64,000 nt of DNA from Octopus vulgaris (lineage: Eukaryota): assembly GCA_951406725.2 (NCBI GenBank), contig OX597818.1, positions 12,214,001 to 12,278,000 on the forward strand. The letters are read 5' to 3'. The position numbers were made by a program, and so were the translations under genes. The notes beneath the pieces were generated by a model. The model did not search any database and was not told where the DNA came from. It worked only from the letters and a program-made list of their open reading frames with translations. How positions within the stretch are numbered: the first letter of the stretch is position 1; every line of letters starts with the position of its first letter. Below are positions 13,718 through 27,026 of the stretch, one piece after another.

Positions 13718-15568
13718 CCAATGAGGATAAGTGGAATACTAAATGAGCAATTCAAAAGTATTTTCACTCCAGCCCTAGGGCATTTTCAAGTCAGCAATCC
13801 AACTGACTTCTTTATCACTGCAGATATAAAATCAGAGGCAACGATGATTGATTACATCAATATAAAGGAAGACGATGTAATAAAGGCTATAGATGAAATG
13901 AACCCAAACTCAGCTACTGGCCCCGATGGATTCCCAGCAATCCTTCTAAAAGTATGTAAGAGAGTTCTAGCAGGACCACTGCAGTTCTCCTTTCAGAGCT
14001 TCCTTGCAACTGGCAAACTTCCAAGAAAACTGAAGGAAGGTAAAATATGCCCTATTCATAAAGGAGGTAGCAGAGCGGAGGCCAAGAACTACAGACCTAT
14101 CTCTCTGATCTCACACATCAGCAAGGTCATGGAACGAATAGTCAGAAGAAAACTAATTGCCTTTCTTGAAGAAAATAACTTGCTGCCTGACACCCAACAT
14201 GGTTCCCGACCAGGAAGAAGCTACCTAACTCAGCTCCCACAACACTATGACTGGGTGCTGAAACGACTGCTCAACCACTCAGATGTGGAAGTGATATATC
14301 TCGACTTTGCAAAGGCCTTTGATAAAGTCGATCATGGAATCATATGTCACAAACTGCGTGATCTTGGCATAGTTGGAAAATTGGGAGAATGGCTTCATGG
14401 CTTTCTGAAAGATAGAAGTCAGATGGTAGTAGACAATGGGGCCACCTCCATTAACACGCAAATAGCGAGCGTTGTTCCACAAGGCACTGTTTTGGGACAA
14501 CTGCTGTTCATAATGGGCCTCTCAGACATGCCCTCAGCCACGCAGAGAACCACGATCACAAGTTATGCAGATGATATAAAAGTTTCACAGGTAATACAGA
14601 ACCCTGAAGACACTATGCACCTGCAATGTGAGCTGGACAAAATATACAGGTGGGCTGAAAAGAATAGCATGCAGTTCAATGCTGAAAAGTTTCAAGCTTT
14701 ATGCTATCAGCATGCAAAACTAAATGCAATACCCAATAAATACACTGGACCTGGAGGGATTGCTATCCCAGAGGCACAATCAGTGCGAGACCTGGGTATT
14801 TACATGAGTAATGATGCAACCTTTTATGTGCATGTTGCTAAATTGGCAATGAAATGTAGGCGGCTGACCGGATGGATTCTTAGAGCCTTTAGAACAAGCG
14901 ACCAGGAAACCATGATGGTCCTCTGGAGGACACTTGTCCTAAGCTACTTTGACTATTGCTCTCAGCTATGGTCACCATCCAGTGACAAATTGATCACAGA
15001 ACTTGAGGCGATCCAACGAAGCTACACGAAGAAGATAGCCTCTGTGCAGCATATAAGCTATTGGGAAAGACTCAAGAGATTAAGACTATTCCTTAGAGCG
15101 TAGGCGAGAAAGATATGCCATAATATACATCTGGAAGATCCCGGAAGGACTTGTCCCAAACTTGGCATCGAGAGTTACACAAATACTAGAACTGGGCGCC
15201 GCTGCATAGTGCCAAGGACTCCAAATTTGCCATCAAGATGTAGGACAAGATACTGTGATAGCCTGGGCTTCAGAGGTCCACAGCTCTTCAATATCCTCCC
15301 GAAGGACCTGAGAGACCTGCATGGGGTGAATGCAGATGTCTTTAAAATAAAACTGGATCTTTTCCTGTCAGGTGTCCCAGACGAACCAACTTCACGGCAG
15401 GAGGTGCAGATGAGGGCAGCTGCATCGAACTCTCTCATGCAAAAAATGGCAATTGCTAAAAAGCATTCGTGAAGTAAAATCATGTAGCAACACCGAATGA
15501 CGGTGCCCCAGCATGGCCACAGCTCGTGAGCTGAAACTAGATAAAATAAAAAATAAAATAAATAAATA
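13718..15568 (+). mobile_element. 5'-truncated CR1-type LINE with 3' UTR and (TAAAA)n tail
   Basis: RT ORF followed by GGTGCCCCAGCATGGCCACAGC...GCTGAAACTAG and an ATAAA-repeat tail. Confidence 0.9.
13721..15103 (+). CDS. CR1-clade LINE reverse transcriptase, 5'-truncated; continues after a frameshift to about 15472
   Basis: Motifs GPDG, NYRPISLISHISKVMER, QHG, YLDFAKAFDKVDH, VPQGTVLG, YADD, RDLG; C-terminal ORF 15209-15472 reads FKIKLDLFLSGVPDEP. Confidence 0.93.
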   Translation: MRISGILNEQFKSIFTPALGHFQVSNPTDFFITADIKSEATMIDYINIKEDDVIKAIDEMNPNSATGPDGFPAILLKVCKRVLAGPLQFSFQSFLATGKLPRKLKEGKICPIHKGGSRAEAKNYRPISLISHISKVMERIVRRKLIAFLEENNLLPDTQHGSRPGRSYLTQLPQHYDWVLKRLLNHSDVEVIYLDFAKAFDKVDHGIICHKLRDLGIVGKLGEWLHGFLKDRSQMVVDNGATSINTQIASVVPQGTVLGQLLFIMGLSDMPSATQRTTITSYADDIKVSQVIQNPEDTMHLQCELDKIYRWAEKNSMQFNAEKFQALCYQHAKLNAIPNKYTGPGGIAIPEAQSVRDLGIYMSNDATFYVHVAKLAMKCRRLTGWILRAFRTSDQETMMVLWRTLVLSYFDYCSQLWSPSSDKLITELEAIQRSYTKKIASVQHISYWERLKRLRLFLRA

Positions 15569-15570
15569 TA

Positions 15571-16873
15571 CAGGGTGGGCAGAGAGGACGGACGTTTTTA
15601 AAAAATTTACAAAAATCATTAAATTTAGCTGCAAACAAATTTTATTGACATTAATGTGTTCGTATTGAATTAGCATTTGTCAAAATTAGGTGTAGAAAAC
15701 AACACCTATCATCTGGTCTCCAGGTGTTCTTGGAATTTGGCTTCCACTCTCCAGTATTGCTCTATCGATTTGGGTGACTTCTACATGAACAGCTTCCTTC
15801 AAATCGTTCAATGCACAGGGCTTATGTGCATACGAACATGCCTTGAGGTTTCCCCACAAGAAATAATCACACAGGGATAAATCAGGGGACTGAGGAGGCC
15901 AAGGAATGTCAGTAAATCTGGAAATGATGCAGTCACCGAAGAGAGGGCGAAAAACGCCCATTGATGCTCTGGCTGTGTGGGCCGTCACCTTATCTTGCTG
16001 AAACCACACACGTCGAATAGGCATACGTTTTCGTCGTAAGTCATGCACAAAGAAGTTATTTATCATCTCGATATAATGTTCGGAGTTCACAATAACAACA
16101 TTTCCATTATTGTCTTTAAAAAATTAAGGACCAATGACGGCAGCTTTTCCAACACACCAGAACCAGACCATCACTTTTGGGCTATGCAGTGGTCTTTTGT
16201 GCAGTTCTCTCAGAGTTCATGAGCCCAATAATGACACTTCTGTTGATTCATCATGGCATTGAGATGAAAATGAGCTTCATCACTCATTAACAAAATGAGG
16301 TTGTCATTTGCCTGAAAAATTGCTTCCATCTGACGTGCGAAGTTAAGTCGCTGTGCATAGTGCTGTGGTTTCAACCGTTGCCCACTGATCAATTTGTACG
16401 GGTGGAAACGCAGGTCTTCATGCAAAATACGCCTTAACGATCGATTACCGATGTCAAGTTCAGTTAAATGCCTCCGAACAGAGTGATTCAGACTATATCA
16501 AAAGCTTGTCTGATGCGTTCCACATTTTCCGGGGTCCGTACCGTTCGTGGGGCCCTCCACCGGTCACCTATTCATTAGTGTACCTCGTGTACGAAGTGCT
16601 TTCACCTAACATGAGACGGATGGGAGCAGCCTGATTTCGGTGAATGTTGAAGTGGCGCCGAAACTCACTCTGGACTGCTGTGACAGACTCGTAAATTCTT
16701 CACGTAACTATCGTGGTCAAACATGCGATATTATATCGTTCACATTACCCTGGCTTCACCTGAAAAGAAAAGAAAAATTCTAAGACACCATGGTTCCTGT
16801 CGGATATATGTCCCTCCCTCTGGGGCTGAGTAATAGCCTTTTCAAAAATGTCCGTCTTCTCTGCCACACCCTG
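15571..16873 (-). mobile_element. Full-length but decayed Tc1/mariner-superfamily transposon of DD41D (rosa/Visitor) type
   Basis: TA-flanked TIRs CAGGGTGGGCAGAGAGGACGGAC / GTCCGTCTTCTCTGCCACACCCTG; transposase motifs MSDEAHFHL, WFQQD and WPPQSPDLSLCD, with 41 residues counted between the last two catalytic Asp. Confidence 0.9.
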
Positions 16874-16931
16874 TAGAGGAATATATATATATATATATAT
16901 ATACATATATATGTATCTATATGTATGCATG

Positions 16932-17001
<70 letters not shown>

Positions 17002-17504
17002 TACACACACAATGAAAAAAACAAGGACAATTTTTCTTAAAGATGTTATTAGTTTCACGTTTGAATAAAAGAAAAAAAAAAGAAAATGAGCCTTTGACAT
17101 TTCGGACATGGAGTTCTTCATCAGGAATAAGAGGGAAGAGAAAAGAGAAAAGTGGTGGAAAGCAAAGAAGAAAAGAAAAATTTTGGGGCCGCGTGGGAAT
17201 AGTACAGTACTGTGCGAAGGAGTTAAGAGGAAAGGAAAAGGAGGGTAGTTGTGTTCATATAAAGGAAAGTACATGTTTAATGAGTTGAGCGTAAGTGTGT
17301 GTGTATGTACGTGTGTGTGTGTGCGTGTGTGAAAGTGATGTGGTGTGCAGGTGTCTGGCTGGAGGTGAGTGGAGTGGGATGTGAATGTGGTAAAGGTAAG
17401 AGAGAGGCGTGGAAGTAGAAAAAATGGGGAGACATAAATTAAAGCTTGTACAGGAAAAGGAAAGCTTAGAAAGTGAATAAAGGTGGGAAAATAATGAGTA
17501 GAAA

Positions 17505-17641
17505 ATGAATAGGTTTTTTTCAACCATATGGTTCCGGGTTTAGTCCCACTGCCTGGCACTTTAGGCAAGTGTCTTCTGCTATACCCTTGGGCTGACCAAA
17601 GGCTTGTGAATGGATTTGGTAGACGGAACGTGAAAAAAGTC

Positions 17642-17679
<38 letters not shown>

Positions 17680-17890
17680 TTTGTTTGTGTTTGTTACCCA
17701 CCATCGCTTGACAACCTATGTCGGTCTATTTACGTTCTCGTAACGTAGCTGTTCGGCAAAAGAGGCCGATAGAATAAGTACCAAACTTTAAAAAAAAAAA
17801 TAGAAATACTAGAGTGGATTCATTCGGCTAAAATCTTCCAGGCGGTGCCCCAGCATGGCTGCAATTTGATAACTGAAGCAAGTGAAAGAT
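17505..17890 (+). mobile_element. SINE family C with internal (GT)n and CR1-like tail
   Basis: GGTTTAGTCCCACTG...GGCAAGTGTCTTCT head; GGCGGTGCCCCAGCATGGC tail. Confidence 0.85.
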
Positions 17891-18611
17891 AGATAGAAGG
17901 TAAAGATAAAAAAAGCTGCGCGTGAGAAATTATGTAAAAAGGCAGATGGGGAAAAGAGACTAGTTAAGAAATATATATAAAACATATGATTATTAAAAAA
18001 GGAGAGATGCAAAAGTGTGTGTGTGTGTGTGTGTGCGAGGGCGAGGATGATTATGAAAAGGATATAAAGAAAGCAAAGTAAAGAAAAAAGTATCTTGACA
18101 AAGAAAAAAGACAAAAATCAAAAGACAAAACTGATACAAGTGCAGAGAAAAAATCCTTTTGCGAGTCAATAAAAGGGAATAAGAAGGATTAGGTTGAGAT
18201 ATGGAGAAGATTGGGAAGGAAAGAAGTAACAGATTAATAATTATATAAACAGGACGGGAAACTTGAGGTAAGAAATCGTTAAAGGAAACAAAATTGTAAA
18301 AGGGAGAGAGGATTGTGAGGAGACATAAAAAGGAATGTTATTAAAATGGGTTTTGAAAAAAAATTGTGGGGGTGAAAAGTTAATTTACACAGGTTGAAAG
18401 AGTGACAACAGAAGAGTTAAAATGAGTGTGTGTGTGTATAGAAGAGACTTTGGGAAGGATATTAAAAAGGATGTAAAAAAAAAGAGTTTGTTATTTAAAA
18501 AATAAGATTACATGGGTTTAGAGAAAATGTTGGTGAAATCCAATAGATATATAAACATTCCAGAAAGTAAGGGTAATCCAAAGTTGCAAGATACACAGAA
18601 ATGATTTAACG

Positions 18612-18846
18612 GTCGGATAGAAACGGAAGACAGAATGTACGAGAAACTTTATTGCTCACAATGATCGTTTCGACCCATCTTGCATCGATCCGTCGTGGGT
18701 GGGATACTGTACGGTAACTGGTTGTGGTGCATCCCTCGGTGTAGAAGTGGTCCGACTCAGTCACGGTACGTACTGTGCCCGGCAACGCATACGAGACTGG
18801 CTGGACTTTTATCATTGTGTTTAATGGCATCTACTTAGCTGCGCGT

Positions 18847-18883
<37 letters not shown>

Positions 18884-19395
18884 TGAGAGAGAAAGAGAGA
18901 AAGAGAGAGAAAAAAGAGAGAGAAAAAGAGAGAAAGAGAGAGAGAGAAAAGAGAAAGAGTGAGAGAGAGTGTGTGTGTGGGTGTGCAAAAGACCGCAAGT
19001 GTGTGTACGCAAGTATCTATGTGTACTCACACATAAGTTTTTACTTCATTGTATATTTTATTATTCTTAATTACTCACTGTCATTGATTTACTAATAAAC
19101 ACATGTAGACTCAATAACCATTTATAATATTGAAGCGCAATCTCGGCCTCGCCATTCAAGCCTCAGAGTTAAAACCTACGGTCGCTAACAACATGCTGTA
19201 TTAAAACTGAGTAAAACAGGGTTTATTTAACGAGATGCCTGTTATAAAATCGCCTGACGAGACACTTCTGCATCGGGGAACGCACCACAACCATTTGTAC
19301 AGTATCCCACCGTGGAGGATTTATTCAACACGGGTCGAAACGATCGTTATGAGCAATAGAGTTTCTCGTATATTCCATTTTCCGTTGCTATCATT
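18612..19395. repeat. Diverged inverted pair of PLE-terminal-repeat-like sequences (about 18612-18755 and 19255-19395) with degenerate hammerhead motifs
   Basis: GAAACTTTATTGCTCACAATGATCGTTTCGACCC versus GGGTCGAAACGATCGTTATGAGCAATAGAGTTTC. Confidence 0.75.
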
Positions 19396-19521
19396 TGTTA
19401 TGTACTCGACGGACACTGAAGAATTCCTGAGGTAGATCCAGCGACAATTGTACAGATATTGTTGATGACGTCAGATAGCCATAGGCAGTGAACGTGCTTC
19501 CCCGGCTAACTACTATATATA

Positions 19522-20730
19522 CTAGCTGAATGATGCAGCGTTGCCCGGGTTACTGCTGTTATTCAGATTAGAAGAATAATAAATATAAAGATATATGGTT
19601 TTCCTCATAATTATTTTAAAATATCTATATTTTATTTAACAATATCCGAATTGTAATGATAATACAATTTCGAACTGAAAATCTGTCGATGTTGAAGCAC
19701 CTCAGAGTAAACAATATTCACTGTGTAAATTTTTGTTGGTGTCGAAATGAATAAATTGTTGCTACTTCCACGTCGCGAGCAAGCAACGTAGAGTTGGCAG
19801 TGGGAGTGGCATGTAGTAGAGAGATCAAGTCAAACTACCTTGAGGGGTTGACCCTGAGATTTGTTAATTGAAATACCAAAACTTAGTTTGACTGGAAACT
19901 GAAGCGTTTTATATCAAATGTAATTCAAATGGAACATCTATAGGTACGAGAGGAATTTTTGAAAGAAAGACATTTTCTCCTTTGTGACTATCTGTTAGGA
20001 TTGTTACCTGTAGAACATGGGCTTCATGGAAGTAATAATTAAGTAACAATTAAGTAACAATTAAGCTAGTTCCATTACAGAAGTGAGATGGGTCAACATT
20101 CCTAAGCAACATAATGGGAACACCCAGTTTTAGTGTCAAGTTATGCAGTGGCATCTCAGTAGGTTTAAGTGTGTTCAGAAATTCAACAGGGTATTGAACA
20201 AGCTGATCTTGATCGACTGTTGTCAATTGATCGAGAATTCATTTCTGATGTATGTTAACTTTTGAAGAATTTCATGATTGAGTTTATCAATCTTTTCATT
20301 AGTTGTAGCCAGTATAGCTCTTTCGCATAGCCAGTTTACATCTCTCTACCTCTTTAGATGCGGGTCAGTATGTGTGTGTGTGTGTGTGTGAGAGAGCCGC
20401 CACAAAAAGTATGTATTCATACACACATACACACTCACATACAGTCAGACACATGTACTTCTCAGTCATCGGCCTAAAGTAGGTAACAAACGCGCAAACG
20501 CACACACACTGACAGACACATGCACACTCATATAGAGAATGTGACGTCGTGGTGGTGATATAAAATGTCTTTTACGATAGTTAACTGATAGAAAGATCAC
20601 AATGTTGAATTTTTGTAATGCAAATAGGCAAAAGAAAGTAAAATTTATTTGAAAGCCAAAAGATTACTAAATCTTTTGATACCCCATACGTCAAAATCGG
20701 TAACTAAGTTTTCGAATGCATAAGGAACAT

Positions 20731-20774
<44 letters not shown>

Positions 20775-20800
20775 GTGCGCACGCACACACACATATATAT
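19522..20800 (-). mobile_element. Non-autonomous Helitron-like element
   Basis: Minus-strand 3' end CCCGGGCAACGCTGC...GCTAG|T; blocks at 20460-20735 are reverse complements of 40150-40420; 5' end lost in a (CA)n tract. Confidence 0.7.
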
Positions 20801-20914
20801 AAATAACTACACATCCACACACACACACACACACACTTCCTATATCTCTCCCTTTCCAAAATAACTTCTTATATTGAACTTTACTATTTCCTTCTATTTA
20901 ACTCTCTCACATCG

Positions 20915-20960
20915 TCTCTGATGATGGGATATCCTTTATATCCCTGAAGTAGCTGTAAGA
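20915..20960 (+). ncRNA. Degenerate hammerhead motif
   Basis: UCU CUGAUGA U GGGAUAU-CCUUU-AUAUCCC U GAAGU AGCU GUA AGA; GAAAC is mutated. Confidence 0.5.
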
Positions 20961-21038
20961 ATACCTTTCTTTTTATAAATGTCCTAGAAATTTCACACTG
21001 CCTAGGCTTTGTTGTCACATTTTATTTAACACACACAC

Positions 21039-21105
<67 letters not shown>

Positions 21106-21127
21106 CCACACACCCACACACACACAA

Positions 21128-21160
<33 letters not shown>

Positions 21161-21166
<6 letters not shown>

Positions 21167-21400
21167 ACTATAAATAAGGGTATCTGAGAGACGCCACCAT
21201 GCCGAAATAGCAGTCAAACCCTGATTCTAAAAACCACCTAAAATTTCATAACGCACCATGAGATAAGACAGAGAGACAGTTTTGCTAGTTTATTTTATCT
21301 CTCTATCTTATCCCATGGTGCGATATGAACATTTTAGGTGGTTTTTAGAGTCAGAGTTTGACTGCTATTTCGGCATGGTGGTGTATAATTATAGTTATAT
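21161..21400. mobile_element. MITE-like fold-back with about 100-bp arms between (TA)n tracts
   Basis: CCACCATGCCGAAATAGCAGTCAAAC...CACCATGAGATAAGA / TCTTATCCCATGGTG...GTTTGACTGCTATTTCGGCATGGTGG. Confidence 0.8.
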
Positions 21401-21683
21401 ATATATATATATATATATGCACAAACCCATACCCACGTATATTTAAATATGGTGGCTCAATAGCATGGTTACTCGTCTCGTTCAAAATAGGTTGTGGTAA
21501 ATGATTACATCTTGCCCATGTTAATTTTACCGTTGGTGTTTCCGAGGTTGATAAAAGAGGTACGGAGGTAGATCTAACTGGCTATATCCTAGAAAATTGT
21601 GCTCCAGCATAGCCTCAATGAGAAGAGAAGACTGCCTTATTATCTATATCTCTCCTTCCATATTTTTAACAACAATTTTGTTT

Positions 21684-21734
21684 CTGTCTGTCTGTCTGTC
21701 TGTCTGTATGTCTGTCTGTCTGTCTGTCTGTTTG

Positions 21735-21823
<89 letters not shown>

Positions 21824-22357
21824 TTATCTGTCTGTCTATCTGTCTGTCTGTCTATGTATGTATGTATGTATGTATGTATGTATGTATGTATGTATGTATG
21901 TATGTATGTATGTATGTATGTATGTATGTATGTGTGCATGTATGTATGTATGTCTGTATGTATGTATGTATCTATCTATCTATCTTTCTATATGTTTACT
22001 TGCAGAGAGATCGAGAGAGAGAAAAAGAGGGAGAGAGTGGGAAGGAGAGACAAAAAGAAAGAAAGAGACATGCGAGAGAGAAAGCGAGAGAGGGGGAGAG
22101 AGGGGGAGAGAGAGTGAGTTGTAGAGAGTGAAAATGGAGAGAGACTGAGAGAGAGAGAGAAAAAGGGAGAGGGAGAGCGAGAAAAGGGGGAGAGGTAGAG
22201 GGGGAGAGAAAGAAAAAAGGGAGAGAGGTAGAGAGAGAGAGAGAGAGAGACAAACAGGGAGAGAGAGAAAACAGGAGAGATGTAGAAAGGGAGAGAGTGT
22301 GAAAAGGGATAAAGATAGAAGGAAGGAGAGAGAATGAATGACAGTGAAGAAAAGAGA

Positions 22358-22392
<35 letters not shown>
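21684..22392. repeat. Compound (CTGT)/(CTAT)/(GTAT)n followed by a GA-rich tract
   Basis: Directly visible. Confidence 0.95.
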
Positions 22393-22395
<3 letters not shown>

Positions 22396-22565
22396 CTAAC
22401 GAAATACAGAAATGTATTTGTAAACGAATCATGTATTCGATATGAGAAATATGATCTGAAATATAGCGACTGACATCATTTGGCGTGAAAAATAACTCCA
22501 TTAAACAAATGGAAGATGAGAGATTTGAAAGACCAGGGGAGAGGAAGAAACATTTAGTGACTTAC

Positions 22566-22735
22566 CAATGACTAGTTTCAGTCCCCATGGAATACAGTCA
22601 CTCTGCATAGATTCTCAGCGATATAGTCAATGGTAATGGATTCACATTTAAGTGCTTCTATTTTAGATTTCTTTGTTAAAGTTCAACGAATTAAAATGTA
22701 TACTGGAAGCATGTGCGTCTCAGTCCGATGTTTAC
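22566..22735 (-). other. Candidate host exon, possibly with a start codon (MQSDCIPWGLKLVI, phase 1)
   Basis: Acceptor TGTATGTAG|, consensus donor G|GTAAGT, unique sequence, ATG at 22608. Confidence 0.35.
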
Positions 22736-22751
22736 CTACATACAAGCATAC

Positions 22752-22817
<66 letters not shown>

Positions 22818-22876
22818 ACATATCCATATCTATATATATATATGTATGTATGTATGCATATATGTGTATATACATG

Positions 22877-22913
<37 letters not shown>

Positions 22914-23065
22914 CAGACATACACACATACCATATACATGTATGCATATATGCATATCACAAGTTCATTTGTCCCGAGTCTATCTATCACTCTCTCCCTC
23001 CCTCCCTTCCTCTCTCTCTCTATATATATATGCACAAATGCATACATATATACATATATACATAC

Positions 23066-23135
<70 letters not shown>

Positions 23136-23880
23136 TGTCTATATTTGTGCACATATGTATGTGTGTGTGTGTATGTGTGTGTGAGTGTTTATGCGTGCGT
23201 GCGCGTCTATACCTACATTTGTCAGTGTGTTGCTCACGCAGGTTGTGTGTACATAAAAGCCACATACAAGGCAGTAAATTTGTAAAGTCGTTAGAGCGGT
23301 AATTGTGATTTGGCAAAGTCATTAGCGAATTGTGCAGAATCTCGTGTAATATCTGTTCTGGCTGCCAGTCATATGTTCAAATCCAACCAGAATTAACTTT
23401 GAAGAATTTTTAGGAGTATCGGAGAGGTTGTTTTGCGAAATATGCCCTAGCTCTTAGCGTTCTGACGTCAAAGTTCGTGGCAGCTGTTGTACCAAGCTAT
23501 ATAAGCTCTTGGCTTACCCTTGAAATGAAGTAAGCTCTTTAGATTGCCTCGGTGCCATAAAGAAGTGGGGCTTGTATGCATGGGCAGCTATTGGGCTGTT
23601 TTAAAACAAAATAACCTTTACTCAGGCCTGCACTTTGGAGAGAGTGTTTTTAGAAACAAATCTGTTGTTTCAAGTCCTAAACATCAGCGTCTGACTAAAA
23701 ATGTCTCTGGAACATATTTTGGCTGTGTGAATTTAGTCCTTATACTTTTATACTTGACTCTCGTGTTAAGTAATGAAATCTTCACTGTTGAATTAAGCAG
23801 TAATGGTCACTGTATGAAAGTTACCCACAAAGTATATTCTGTGACTTTTTCAATTAAATTGTGAGAGGAGAGTGTCATAC

Positions 23881-23980
23881 CTTATATGAAACTAATATTT
23901 GATAGCTGACTATCGTAATTGATGTATAGGACTGGTGAAGGTACTTAATAAAACGGCCAAACAACGTCTTATTGCATGAT
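23881..23980 (-). other. Candidate 100-nt exon (probably UTR)
   Basis: Branch CTAAT, TTTTTCTCTTCTCTCAG| acceptor and AAG|GTATGA donor. Confidence 0.45.
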
Positions 23981-26059
23981 CTGAGAGAAGAGAAAAATTA
24001 GTGGAAAATAAGGGAGGCGGAAACGAGGAAACAGTTACTAGTGAAAAATAAGTGTGGTTGCAGTTATAAACTAAAACAGGTGGGAATGGCTGTGTTAATA
24101 GGTTTCTCGTTGTTATTGAAGTGTCATAATTTGGCGTTGGTATTTTTCTCTGTTCATGTCTAAGGTACTTCATTCTCGCTTGTTCAGTCACGCTAATATG
24201 AATTTTGTGAGAATATAACATGAATTATAAGTGTTCCGTTAACTTGTGGGTCTAATTTGCTCTCTACTCGTGGATATAATTTGGAGAGTTCTGAATCACG
24301 TCAAAGTGTCGTTGTGGATGCAATTAGAATACAGACGAAACCTCCAGTACTATTTCAGTGCGTGCAGAACCCATCATTACTCAATGCAGGTACATAAATT
24401 TCAACAGTTACTCTGACATCAGTGACTGAAACTGGATTTGCGTCTCTTATATTTTTTAATTACAGTAGCAGATAGAATTGTAACGTTGTTAGGTATATTG
24501 TGATAGTATGCTAGAAATAAGTTTTGGAGCCTTCCCTTTCAGGGGATCAGAACGAAAAAAAAGTCGGGGTCCATTTAAATATCCTCATTCCATTTAAGTA
24601 TTCAAAACCTATTTCTAGTAAATAACGGCATGGTGATTAAGTAACTATGTAATTAAAGGGTATTGGGTTGTTATTGAGTTTACATTAAGTTAATTCAAAG
24701 TTTGGTAATATATTTCCATTCAATTCACAGTTCAGTTATATATTGCCGTTAAGTTTAAAGTTTGGATATATATTCTCATATTTGAAGTCACGTTTGGTCA
24801 ACGTTTCTATAAAGTTGTATATTCTTTAACAAATAAACCAATGAATTACCTTGATACTGGTTCAATACTTAATTAAATACAGTTGTAATATACACTTTGA
24901 TTTTCATCATCTCAATCACTTTGATAATTATAAGAAGTTTTTGTAAATTTTAAATTAGATAAAATCCACTAATATCTTATTTTAATTTCGTCGAAGAATA
25001 CATAATCTGGTTAACAAATGATTTAACTAAACCAGCAAAGGATTAAACTTCACTTTGATAAATTAACAACAAATAACAGAAGAGGGTTGATTGAAGATCA
25101 GAATTAAAAGAAAAGTTTTGAAATTTTAATATTATTAAGCACAGCAATTAATGTATTACAAGTTCAAAGCGTCGCACGTTTTGTTATGCGCCAAAAAATT
25201 ATAAAGTAAAAGTTGATTAGTTACGCTCACTTCCTCAGATCCTAACAACAAATATTAATTGCAATTTTAGGAATTTAAATTTCTGGAGATAAAAACTCTA
25301 GTAAAAATAAGATTAGAGTAAATTTCACCTATTTCTCCAGTTCCTAAAAATATAAATCTCATTTACTTCTAATCAAGTTATTTCAACTTTAGAAGAATAA
25401 GTTTACAACTGTGAATTTGAAGATATGTCAAATAGCCTCCCGCAGTGTGAATATGAAATGATGTAGAAATATAGTGGGTAAAGACGGAAAAATCTCATGA
25501 GCAACATTTGAAAGTAAAAATATTTAAATTTGTTTAATAATTCAAGAGAAGTTTGGCGGATCTTTTTAGCGTATTAAGCAAATTTCCTCACAGCAGTCTG
25601 TTACTGTCTATTGAGTTCTCAGTTCAAATTCAGCCGAGATCGCTTTACCTCTCATTTTCAGTTGGATAAAATAAAATACTTGTCAATTTCTTTGAAACGA
25701 TGTAATTGACTAGACTTCGTTTCTGCAAGAAACGTGTGGCCTTGTGCTAAGACAAAAAAAAATTCATAATTTAATAGACCATCAGTACGGAATTAAGGGG
25801 TTTTCATTTTTTTTTCTCATTTTCTTAATAAATGCAATGGCAACCCAAGAGTTAACAGGTAAGCCTTGCTGGGCCTGTGCTGGGCCTGTGCTGTAAAGAT
25901 GTATCCATATAGAACGTTATTGATTTTTTTGTATTTACTTTAACTTTCTAATATTGCCTACTTAACTAGAACTGTGAGCTAACAGAATCCTTGGTACGTC
26001 AAGCAAAAGGCTTAGCGGTCTTTCGTCCGTTCAGGAAAATAACACATTCTTGCTTACTT

Positions 26060-26420
26060 TTTTACTATTTTACTTGTTGCATCCATCGGATTGCGGCCCT
26101 ACTGAGGCACCGCCTTGAAGAGCTTTAGTCGAGTGAAGCAACGCCAGTATTTATTCATATTTTCCCCTTATAAACCTCGTATTTATTCTATCGACCTCCT
26201 TTGCCAAGCTGCTAATTTACGGGAACATAAACACACCACAAACGCACACAGACACATGCATATACAACGGGCTTCTTTCAATTTCAATGTGCCAAACTCA
26301 CTCACCAAGTTTGGTCGGTTCAAGGTCATAAAAAAGAACACTTACTGAAGGTGCCACGTAGTGGGACTGAACCCGAAACCATACGGTTGGGAAGCAAACT
26401 CCTTGACACACGACACGCCT
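26060..26420 (-). mobile_element. SINE family C
   Basis: GGTGCCACGTAGTGGGACTGAACCCGAAACC head and GCACCGCCTTGAAG tail, both as reverse complement. Confidence 0.8.
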
Positions 26421-26709
26421 ATGTGTTTTGTTCTTAAAGGACTAAAATATCTATACATATTATTGTAATTTTAGTCCTTTAAAAGCAAAAATCTTTTATA
26501 TTCGTTAATATGTGATTTTATAGTCTATTGTGGCTAATTTTATCACTGAGCTGATCGATGAGAGGAATACACTGAATATTTGAGGAGTATAAAACTTTCG
26601 GTGTGCTTTTAACATGGCTTAGACGTTTCTCCTATGGCGTAATTGCTTCATTTCCAGCATATAGTCTCAGATCAAGTTATCAAACGAGTATAACCACGAT
26701 ATCTATGTA

Positions 26710-26804
<95 letters not shown>

Positions 26805-26863
26805 GTATGATTATATGTATATGTATGTGTATATGTATTTATGTATATATGTATGTATGTATG

Positions 26864-26919
<56 letters not shown>

Positions 26920-27026
26920 ATTAGATAATGAATCGAATGGAATAAACCTGGTAGCTTACCGGTAAAGCACGTTCACTTTCACAGTAATGAGAGAGACGGA
27001 AGATGGAAGATACAAGAATGTTTATT

